From assembly GCA_964016885.1 (NCBI GenBank), contig OZ024741.1:348564001-348628000 (forward strand): 64,000 bases of DNA. The letters run 5' to 3'. This document shows positions 53,629 through 64,000 of this stretch, piece after piece. The notes under the pieces were generated by a model. That model was not told the origin of the DNA. It ran no database searches and saw only the letters and a program-made list of their open reading frames with translations. A program made the translations under genes and the position numbers. The stretch is from Eledone cirrhosa (Eukaryota). Position 1 is the stretch's first letter, and each line of letters starts with the position of its first letter.

Positions 53629-55921
53629 ATATATACATATTTGTATGTGTGTATTATATAGGGAGTCGGGAAAATTGGGAGCTAAAAGCGAAAGAACAAG
53701 AGCGAGAATTCCGGATCCATCCATCCATAATTAATACATACATACATACATATTTCAATGGAGCATGGAAATACATATAATTCTAAATTCGTAATGCAAT
53801 ATATTCCGCATGATGGGATTATATTTACGTATGCCACTTTTTTCTCTTGTAATGGCGGTTACGGATTCATTTCACCAGAATGAATTTAATATCAGGAACC
53901 AAACGAAATTGCCTAACTACGCACATTGCATCTGTGGATGTTGTTTCTTTTAATAACACTAGCCATTCCACATGTGACTAGCATGTGTTAATAAGAGAAT
54001 GTTAGACTGCAGCATATTCGATCGTATTCCTCCCTTATTTTCACGTAGGCCTTAAGGCATAATTCTCAAGTTGAAGAATCGGGAATTTCAAGTGTGCATG
54101 TACAGGCACACAGATTCGCACACACCCACACAAACACTCCAACCCCGACCCTAAGCCTACCCCACAAATGCAGAAAAATGTTCTCGCATACTTACACACA
54201 CACGCGCACCTCAAACGTTGAAGCACACAAGCATTTGCTGATAAGTGACTCCCTTTGGACTGTTATTTCTTTTGGCAAAACTCACATCTAATGGTTGTCA
54301 TTGAAATGTAGTTCTAAGCGTTCTTTTCTGCAGCCTTTATCTTTGCCATAGGCTCCCTCGAATATTTGACAGCTATTATATTTTTGAATTTCTCTCTTTT
54401 GATGGTTTGAGTATGTCACTTTCTATTTATCTGTGTTTTTGTGCGTGTGTGTCTGTTTGTATGTGTGTCTGTGTGTATCTGTGTTCCTGTACCTGTAGAC
54501 TTGAAACTTCAAACATTTGAACTTGACAGATGCGCCTTCAAGAACACCCTGACGTGGTTATATGCATTGTGCCTTTACATTGCTTTAGTTCATATTTATA
54601 CTTTTGTCTGAATTTGTAATTGTACTTTTATTTCAACTTGATAAAGCCTGCTGAAATTTAGAAGTGAAAATATAGTCAAACCGGATATCTCTTCTGGACG
54701 ATTCCAACATAGCGGACTACATGATGGTTTAAAATAGGGTAATTATTGAAATATGTTTTATGCCCATACTAGGTTTTATATTGCGTTGTATATTCTTCTA
54801 AGTATGAAGAGCTCAGAAATAGCATTTGTATAAAAACGTACCCCACAGATTTAAAGAAGGAAATGTACGTATATTGTATAATATAGCCGTCAATATATAT
54901 AATGTCTGAATAAAAGGCAGATGATTCGGTTTAAAACTCCTATTTGACAAGTAGCTATACAACAAAACAACAGCATATTTTTGTTGTTTGGCTAATGAAC
55001 GGGTAACATACCATATGTTCATATTTTACCATCAGATGTATGTCGAAGTAGATTACAGAGCTAACCACACGAATTTAATATTTCTTTTACCTTTCTTTCG
55101 TTAAAGGGGTATTTCTCTGAAGATTGTTTTGTTTTGTGGAAACTACTACCAACGATTTATGCACTATTACGTTACGTTTCTGTTTACAAATTTCTCTTCT
55201 GCTTTTTATCGATGTTCAATTAGTCGAATAGAGAAATATTTACTGACAACAGGGAAATTGTTGGCTCTTCTTCCTAAACTATTCACATGATCATTGTTTT
55301 GAATTCGAAAATAGCCATAGAACTTGAGCTGTTTATCTGATAAAATTAATATTGAAACCAATCGCATGTATTCGAAATTTTACTTTTCTCTATTTAATCT
55401 TCGGTCTTTATATTTTATTGGTCCATTATTTCTATTCATTTTCCGAGAGCTTTTCTAACAAAAAGCCAATAAATGCACTAACTTGATGTGCTTCTGATAA
55501 CAAAGGAAGTTTATTCATTTTTATTCTATTCTAATTAATACTTAATTTTCTAAGTCATGCAGTACTTCAAAAATGTCGTCTTTAATTTATTTGTCATTTA
55601 AACATAGCCGATATTGCTGTCACTTATTTAAAATGTTGAGGCATCCCCTAAGACCATCTACATTTCATCGAAGGATAATTTATTGAGGAAAATTAGTTCT
55701 AGATGATTGAAAGAATAAAATAATGACGATATAAAGGAGAGAAGGAACGAGTAAAATTTAACAAAAAATACACAATATTTCATTATTAATCTCAAAACTT
55801 CCTTACACTGTCTATACATCTCATGACTATCTTCTATCTATCAATCTATCTACCTAGAACTCACAACATTAAGTTCTTGTCTGAATATGTTACTATCTGT
55901 AAACCAACTTTTGTATTTTAT

Positions 55922-55980
55922 CTTTATCTGATGAGAACGTACCAAAATGTTGGTAACCTTGAAATATATATAATAAAATA
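55922..55980 (+). ncRNA. Decayed hammerhead-like motif
   Basis: TTTAT-CTGATGA-GAACG-TACCAA(AATG)TTGGTA-ACCTT-GAAA-TATATA-T-A-ATAAA. Stem I (TTTAT/ATAAA) pairs and stem III is palindromic, but the outer stem II is mismatched. Confidence 0.5.
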
Positions 55981-56163
55981 AATATGGATTTATAAGGATA
56001 GCTTCCATTTAATAATATGATTGATATCTACCTACCTATATATATATACATATATATGTGTGTGTGTATGTGTGCGTGTGTGTGTGTGTATGTATGTGTG
56101 TATGTGTCTGTGTGGTGGGTGGGTGTGTGTATGTATGCGTGTATGAGTGTGTGCGCGTGTGTG

Positions 56164-56636
56164 TGTCAACTCTCCGCGTCCGACAGGGAGATATCCCAAA
56201 CACTTTGGGGAGGGTGAAAATGGGTATAGCGTTTTGGGGCACGTGTTTTCATGGTACTCCCCTTTTGGGTTGTTAGAGGTTGGCGTGTCTGTGTAGGGGT
56301 GTATTTATGTGTACACTAAATCACTAACATGTATGCAGACATCCATATGTCTTGGAATACATTTTCAAGTTAGAACATTTATGTATCTATTTATACATTG
56401 TGTCTATAAATAGATACATAAATGTTCTAACTTGAAAATGTATTCCAAGACATATGGATGTCTGCATACATGTTAGTGATTTAGTGTACACATAAATACA
56501 CCCCTACACAGACACGCCAACCTCTAACAACCCAAAAGGGGAGTACCATGAAAACACGTGCCCCAAAACGCTATACCCATTTTCACCCTCCCCAAAGTGT
56601 TTGGGATATCTCCCTGTCGGACGCGGAGAGTTGACA
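56164..56636. repeat. Near-perfect palindrome, 232-bp arms with a 9-nt spacer, abutting (GT)n
   Basis: Arms 56164-56395 / 56405-56636, spacer CATTGTGTC. No mismatch seen by eye. Confidence 0.95.
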
Positions 56637-57049
56637 GCTCTGCCAAGAGGTTGAATTTGGTGATATTTCAAACGGTAATAGAATTAGTTGACATCTGTAG
56701 TGAGTTTAACGTATTGAACATCTCTTTCTGAATATTTTAGAATTTGATAGTTGTGGAAATGGAAGAAACATAGAATCAGTTGCTGGACCCTTATGTGAAT
56801 TAATACATTTGGTTTTGTTGGTGTTCAGTAAATATTTTCTGAGATAACAGAACAAACATGCGAAAAACACGTTCATCAATAAACATTATATATATTTCAT
56901 TTCCTATACTAGTGCCATCTCAGATGTTCTAAAAATGCCTCTAGAGTTTCATTATTGTGAGTTTTCTGCGCATATGCTTTTGTGAAATTCTACTCAGCTT
57001 TCTCTTATTGCACGCGAAGGTTTTAATAATTTCAAAAATGTTTGTGCCA

Positions 57050-57290
57050 AGCTCGAAGGCTCATTAGCCGGTGCTTATCACAGTTTCCTTTGCGTTAATC
57101 AACTAAAAGTACAAATGTCTACCTGGACACGACGCCTGTCCATTGCAGTGTTAACCTGAGTAGCTGGCTACACAGTTTATGCTGTATATATTTCAGCAAT
57201 CTAAACTGAATAGATTTTCTCAACAACGCAATACACATCTTGATCCAGGAATAGAATCCACCTTAACCGCTAGACCAAACACCTTAACAT
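57050..57290 (-). mobile_element. Possible decayed SINE
   Basis: Minus strand GGTCTAGCGGTTAAGG (A-box-like) and GATTCTATTCCTGG (B-box-like), followed by a CORE-like stretch. Confidence 0.35.
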
Positions 57291-59199
57291 GACTTCCTTA
57301 ACGGAATATAAATCTTAAATCATTAAGGTTAGAATTATACATTGCAATGCACGTGTTGATGAAGTGCTATGTTGTTCTTGTGTTAAGCAGAATACTAGAT
57401 ACTGAAGACAGCCGATGTTATGTTTTATATATACCGATGTTATTATTCGATATATTTATACACTGTGCCGTACATTATAATTGAGCCGGAAACCAAAAAG
57501 ATTAGACGCAAATGTCTGTATCGTTTTAAAATGTCACAACGGTTACGCCTCGTATCTGTCTACGTTCCATTAACTGATATGATACGACTGCTTTTAACTT
57601 GGTAACCATTGTAGTGTGAAAGTGTATGTATTTACGTGCATATGTGCGTAAATTTGTAAATAATTACGTACATATCTATATTATGAATGCTTATTTGTGT
57701 TGTGGAGAGGGTGATTATGTGCAAAAAAACAGTAATTCAGAATGTAATATACAATTAGTACATATAACTGTATATATGAATGTATACATTGAAACACCTA
57801 CATCAATTTATTAAAATTATATGAGCGTATAATATTTTAGCATTTAATTATATTTATTATGTCCAGTGTAAAGTGTTTAGTACGTGCTGCAATGTGTTTG
57901 TGTAATAATATATCTAAAGTATATACGAACTGTTATAATGCATGTTTGTATACGTACAAATGCATTCAATAGATTCACAGATAGAATTGTACATACAAGC
58001 TTACATACACATATTTATATACATACACACATACATATAATATATATAGTATATATATATGTATGTATGTATATATGTATGTACATATATATATATATAC
58101 ACACACGCACGCATACATGTGCATATATGCGGGTGTGCACATGCGTGCATGAGAATGTATGTGCGTTTGTATGTATGCAGGCTTGCCAATGGACAATGTT
58201 TTAATGATATATGCGTCAGAAAATTAATTAGTCGTCGAGTCTTTCAATTTTATTTTCTGGCTGCACAGATAGTTAATTAATAATAAAGACACGTTTTCGA
58301 GATCTGGAAATTCAAAACTCGTTAATTTTGCTTTCGAATAATGATTAACACAATTTGAACAAATTTATTTTTTTATTTTTCAGTTGTTTTTAATAAAAAT
58401 AGTACATTATCACTTCATACAGTAAAATTATCCGAAACTTCTTTCAATACATTTTCTTTAGGAATCAATATAGTTAATGTTAAAACCATTTATGCAGTTA
58501 TTCTCTCGTTGATATATCATAATATATTGGTAAAATAAGCTAGCTTGTTTAAAACGAAAATACTGAATACAGTAGTAAATTTTCTCATGTAGATAGCATA
58601 AAAAGGCAAATACATATATATCGAGCTATACACTGAGACTTTAAAAAATATATGTGGAATAGCGAGGGCGATAAAATGCTCACAACTATAGAATTCCGAT
58701 GAAAATTGTTTCCTCATTTTAGCTATGTCCTATTTGTTCTTCCTCCAGAGTATTCCACCGTAGTTAAATTATCGTCACTGCTTCAGGACTTGAAATTTAA
58801 GCGAAAGTTACGTAATCAGATTTATTGAAACGAATATGGACATAAAAATATATAATCCTGTGTCAAAGTTATAATTTTGGAATAAAACTTCAAATATTTA
58901 ACCTGGATTATTGATTCGAAAAATACCCAGTTTCTAATGTGTTGATCGGTTGAATGGTTTGTTGATCTCCCCGTTTGCAGAACAAGGTAGGATACAATTA
59001 TTTCATATTTCGTCTCATGTTATTGCATTTATATTGGTAATGTGAATCAGCGCAAAATTGTAATATTCATGAAATTGTAATATTCATGAAACACATAATT
59101 TTCGATAATCATAATTACATACCGGTGAGATAGATCCACTTCATGTCGTGCTGGAAATTCTATAGGCTGTTGTCTGCATAATAAACATTCACGGATATT

Positions 59200-60107
59200 T
59201 TCAAAGTTACGTAACGATATGACTTACAAAAGTGTATCGCACAGAGGTGTGCAAAAAGGGATGAGGAACTATGGAAGGACGAGTAGCGACGATGAAGGTA
59301 TATATTTTGAGCTACATGGTAATGCCACGCAATGTGCTTTTACAAATGGCAATAGCGGTCCAACTCCACCAAACGTCTCGAACACCACAGCTTGTGGCGT
59401 TTGAGACGTTTGGTCCACTGAGAGCGAAGTTCTTGTTATCGCTGACGTTTCGCATTACTGAATTGATCGCATAATATCCAAAGTTATTTTTCAGCAATTC
59501 TAGCGAATATTTGGCGTTGTGAATGCTTTTCGTGTCTTCATTAGAAATAATTACATGTTCCTTTGTGATTGTAGCAATGATATCCTTTTTCTTGAAGAAG
59601 AATACACAAATAAATCCTGCTTCAGAAATGTCATCCCAGTCGGTTCGTTTAGCCGAGTGGAAAGGTTCCACAGCGACATCAGTGGGATTTCTTTAACTCG
59701 CCGAACACGTTGTTCTTAGAGTTGATCTTCGCCACTAAGCGAAAGTGGGCTTCATCCGATGTCCTCAGCAGATTTTTTTTTAAAATGCGTTTTTTTTCGT
59801 ATTATCCAGCCTTTTCTGAACCATCGACTTTGTCTTGGTCTTAGTAGTTGCAGTAAGTTTCTCTTTAGCTATTATTCCGTAGATTCTATTTCGCAACCTT
59901 TAAACACGCTTCTATGGAAAGACACAAGGATTGGCTTCTCCTGCACAGCGATCGTTTGTGGTTCTATCAATTAACACTCGGACCATGTCAATAACTTCCT
60001 CTGTACACTTTATATGCAATTGCTCCTTGACCTGCTTGCACGAGCCACTCTATTAGTTGTGTTTCACAAAGAAGCTCCGGCGCCGGAGCTCCCATTTTAG
60101 GGTCATC
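59200..60107 (-). pseudogene. Decayed Tc1/mariner-superfamily transposase
   Basis: Manual motifs in order: TEEVIDMVRVLID (HTH region), TSDEAHF (first catalytic Asp, ~59760), INSKNN, NP...EPFHSAKRTDWDDISEAGFICVFFF (compare PLHSxKVTVWCGISxxGIIGPYFF), HNAKYSLELLKNNFG. TIRs not identified. Confidence 0.75.
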
Positions 60108-61002
60108 TTGTCTTTTCAAACCTGTTACGGTTGATCGGTTAGAAAATTAATATACAGTGGCATTAAATGTACGTGGGACCAGCTTTTTTAGTCTCTCAGT
60201 AATATTTTGTTTCAATACATTGTATAATGTACATAATTATAAGTGTCTGATTCCTAATCACGTATCCAGATACATGACGTGTTGTAGATAGGGGGAGGTT
60301 ACTAATGATATTTATCTTGCTACTAAGTTGACAACTGTCTAAAAACGTCTACCTACACACAATTTCAACTTACATCCCAATCATCTGAAACTGCTTTCAT
60401 GTTGTAACCTGAATCTGATTTCAGATTAACCCCGCTCTATTTCTATTAACTCCATTTCTGATTTAGCAAAAATTATAAATTGTAATGCTTACAGCTCTTC
60501 GTATGTTAATAGTATAAACCCCGCAAAACCTATGACATAAGCAACTTTCAAAATGTCAAAAGAAAATTATATAACAAAATACATTGGATTTACCGCTGCG
60601 ATCATATTTTTATCGTGTATTTAAACCAATTGATTTGGGGGAATTTACAAATGCAGGCATTTTAATTTTGTACTTAAATATATTTTGTTCACATTTGAAA
60701 TGCATAATTATATTTTGTTTGCGTTTAAATTACATTAATATATATTTTGTTTGCATTTGATAGCATAATTTCGTCTAACTTTCTAAAAAATTAAAACGGG
60801 TTTTCGGATTCAATATATTAAAGAGAAATGTAATTATAAATGCAATAAAAATATATTTATGCATTTCAATAACAGTAACAGGAATATTGTTTTCATCAAT
60901 TAGTAAGATATTTTGGTCATCGATCAAAATTATTTGATAAATGTGTACATAGCACTCTCGAAAACACTCACAATACAATAATGTTTCAGAGATTATAATA
61001 AT

Positions 61003-61075
61003 AATTGTTCTACTTTAGGCACAATGCCAGCAGTTTGAATGGGAGGGGAGAGTAGATTAAATCGACCCCAGTACT
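61003..61075 (-). mobile_element. SINE tail fragment joined to the truncated LINE
   Basis: TTCTACTTTAGGCACAATGCCAGCA...GATTAAATCGACCCCAGT. Confidence 0.7.
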
Positions 61076-61990
61076 TGCCACCCCATCTCCAATTCCCGAC
61101 CAATTAAGAGATATGAATATCTGTTAGTTGTGGAAATTTGGCAGTGTGCGTGTCGGAAATTTCTGTCTCGCTGACGGCAGTCACATCCATATCTAGTGAG
61201 ATGAGGTCGTTCAGAGTGCGACTTTGCTACCAGGATGACCCCAGGCCACGAACGTTTAAACAATCTACTCTTATAATAGCCATGTTGGCTATTGATCTAG
61301 AGAGAAAAGTGGGGTGGTTACTTGCCATCCGGATTCTTTTGCAGATCGTGTTGTTCAACTTCCATGTTTGGACATGGTACCATCATAAGGCTTTTTCCAG
61401 CGCTTTAAATGTGCTGTTGCCTAAAATATCGCCCTCCTTCTCGAACTCTTTACTTCATGCTTTGAGGCCCATCAGATCTATGTCGGTCATTCTTATTAGC
61501 ACGACGTTTCCATGGCTGTTATTGGTCGTTGTGTTTGTGCATGATAACAATTGATTGTATTCAAGGTAGAGTTGTCACTGGGTATTGTTTTGCAAAGTGA
61601 GCTGGTGGTGAATGTATCGTGCTTTCCGTGTTTGGTGGAGTTGTTTTCTGGCGTTGGTGTTGGTATTTGGCAGGGAGTTTTGTGTGCTTTTTTTCGGGAA
61701 TGCGTTTTTTATGTGTTTCTTTATTTTCTCTTCCCCATCATTAGGAGAAGAATGACAGATGTGACAGGTAATGCTGGACATATGTTTGTGTTTAGAGCCG
61801 GTGAAGAGAGAGAAAAGGAAAATGAGAGGAAAAGGGAGCGTTTACGTCACAGTTTGCCTGGGTTTAGTCTGTAGTTGTTGTTTATGGTGTCTGCTCAGCT
61901 ACCGTTCCAGCTGGTGCTGGCTGTACTGGTGTCTTTCGTTCTGTAGCTGCGGCTCGTTTCGACTGCGGCCGTCCCTGTGGGGAGTCTGAA
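61076..61990 (-). mobile_element. Decayed L1/Tx1 fragment (ORF1 end plus ORF2 start) related to the 33-38 kb element
   Basis: Translates MAIIRVDCLNVRGLGSSW*QSRTLNDLISLDMDVTAVSE, versus MAMLRVGCLNARGLGSTWKQAMLLNDLRSQRIDVMVICE in the intact ORF2. Confidence 0.85.
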
Positions 61991-62039
61991 CTTCACATAG
62001 ATTATTTGTTAAAACAGTCCAGATATGTAGCACTGATAT

Positions 62040-62690
62040 CGGTATGGAATGAGGTATTTCCAAAAGATCTCTGCTCAATATGAAAAGAAGGTAAAAAGCA
62101 TCTGTAGTGGATGAAGGCTGTAATTGAGAGAAACGATTGAGGAACCAAAGGATAGTTTATACATGTATTTGGGGATTTTAGAAGTAGGTGATATTTTACA
62201 TGCAGAAATGAAATACAATGTTAGAGAGACTTGTTTTTAAAGAATAAAAATGATTTTAAATAAAACCTGAATGTAAAAGATATAGGCACTGCAAAGATTA
62301 TCTGGGCACTTGCAGTGGTTAGATATCGTGTGTATGTTCTCAGGTGGACTGAAGTAGAAATAGAAAAGTTGGAAAATATACGAAAACGTTAATGTTCGTA
62401 ACTTTACATCCTAAACAAATATAAACAGATTGTATATGAAGAAAAGGAATGGGAGTAGCCGGCTCATCAGTGGTAATTATTGGGATTAGGGAGAAGGAAT
62501 GGAAGAAAGCTTGTAGAATATTTGGTAAAAAATGACGAAGTTATACCAGTTGTGATCGGAGCATTAAGGTCAATCCATTGTAAGTCCAAGAGTTCTTAAA
62601 GTGGTTGGGAAAAACCATACGGGATTGGTGTCATTGAAAATTCGACTTTGCTAGACACTGCGCATAGTTAAGGAAAGTATTATCTTTTGT
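62040..62690 (+). mobile_element. Decayed, internally deleted R4/Dong-like LINE fragments
   Basis: Motifs WALAVVRY, WTEVEIEKL, LHP, RLYMKKRNG, VIPVVIGAL, TLL in order. Confidence 0.62.
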
Positions 62691-62751
62691 GACTTGACAG
62701 ATAACTAACTATCCCACTGAATTATCTTTCTACGTTGAGTGACAATGAAAT

Positions 62752-63160
62752 AATTGTTTCTACTTTTGGCACAAGGCTAGCAATTACCCAGTGCATTACT
62801 GGTACTTTATTTTATCGACCCCGTAAGGATGAAAGTCAAAGTTAACCTCGGCGGGATTTGAACTCAGAATGGCAAGGGCCGTAACTCTAAACGTCAAAGC
62901 ATGGCGTCCGACCCTCTACGGATACTGCCAATCCACCATGTAATAATACTAATAAAAATAGTTTCTCATTTAGGCACAAAGACAAACATTTGGAGGGAGG
63001 ACAAATCGATTAAATAGACCCCACTGCATTACTGGTCGAATATTTTATTGACCTTGATGAAAGGCAAAGCTAAGCTCGGTAGGATTTGAACTAAGAACAT
63101 AAGGAGCCACAACTCTATGCTCCAAATTATGTTTTCTAGCGCTCAAACATACACTGCCAA
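62752..63160 (-). mobile_element. Two adjacent SINE copies (62752-62940, 62955-63160)
   Basis: Both carry the family central domain and a B box (GGATTTGAACT on plus). Confidence 0.85.
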
Positions 63161-63447
63161 TATAATATTAAGCACTATTTATTAGTCAATAATTGGAATG
63201 TTGGGAATGATTTCAGTGGGTAAGATGTAATTACATTCAACCTAACACCAGAGACAATTTGAATTGTTTTTAATACTTCCCGGTTACCTTCACGCAATTT
63301 CAAGTGAAGTGAAATGGAAACAGTTTCAAATACATTCAACGATACTTACCTGATATTTACTTTATCGTCCCTATTCAGAATTAAAACCAAATTAAACACC
63401 AATGCCATTGGAATTCAGAATGCAAAGAGATTAATTAAATACAAAAA

Positions 63448-63637
63448 ATTATTGTTTCTACTTCAGGCACAAGGCCAGCAATTACCCAGTGCATTACTGG
63501 TACTTTATTTTATTGACCCCGTAAGGATGAAAGGCAAAGTAAACCTCGGCGGGATTTGAACTCAGACCATAAATGGACGTAACTATGCAGGAAAGCATGG
63601 CGTCCGACTCTCTACCGATACTGCCAATCCACCGCCC
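63448..63637 (-). mobile_element. Full-length tRNA-derived SINE with Meta-like central domain
   Basis: Minus strand: GGCGGTGGAT-TGGCAGTATCGG (A box)...GAGTTCAAATCCC (B box)...GCCTTTCATCCTTACGGGGTCAATAAAATAAAGTACC (resembles the MetaSINE domain)...AAT-type tail. Confidence 0.88.
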
Positions 63638-64000
63638 TACAAAAAATACAAAAAATAATATTGTTTGTTCAGGGAGGTATTCACCTGTTCTCCACATACA
63701 CTGATTCAACGTTAACCATGATGCTTCCTATAATTTGAAGCAGGAGAAAGTGCACAAGTAAGAGGAAGATTTAGCGTTGATTGAACTGTTTTACAATTGC
63801 ACTGACTGAACATATTCTATAAAGAAAAGCAAAATGGAAGCCGTGTATTATATCGGAAGAAGTTGAAATTATAACCTTAAGACACCAAGGTTAAATAAAA
63901 AAAGAAAATGCATATTGTAAAAAGCACTACTGCATTATACACTGTATTTATATTTATTAATTAATTACAAAAGTGAATGCTCATAGTGGCTATGTGCTAA

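Noticed and set aside
63560-63637. A-box and B-box suggesting a tRNA gene
   Set aside because: It is the head of a multi-copy SINE and shows no convincing cloverleaf.

Overview
AT-rich, repeat-dense eukaryotic DNA, intergenic or intronic. The SINE types and the extreme (TA)n/(GA)n/(CA)n load suggest an octopod cephalopod (inference). I found no host gene exon; nearly all short ORFs in the track are translated microsatellites. Recognisable content: (1) a GC-rich, 5'-truncated L1/Tx1-type LINE with an uninterrupted APE-RT-zinc finger ORF2 (33098-37805, minus) and a decayed relative near 61 kb; (2) several Penelope-like elements (PLEs, RT plus GIY-YIG), one nearly full length with a ~450 bp inversion covering its start codon; (3) decayed R4/Dong-type and possibly RTE-type LINEs, a Tc1/mariner remnant, non-autonomous Helitrons and tRNA-derived SINEs. 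The most notable structure is not in the ORF track. About a dozen short non-coding fold-back (head-to-head inverted) insertions sit at microsatellites, mostly (TA)n. They belong to several unrelated families, and many carry minimal type I hammerhead ribozyme motifs with palindromic stem III. This looks like a population of TA-targeted, hammerhead-bearing non-autonomous retroelements mobilised by PLEs. All alignments and RNA folds were done by eye and boundaries are approximate unless stated.
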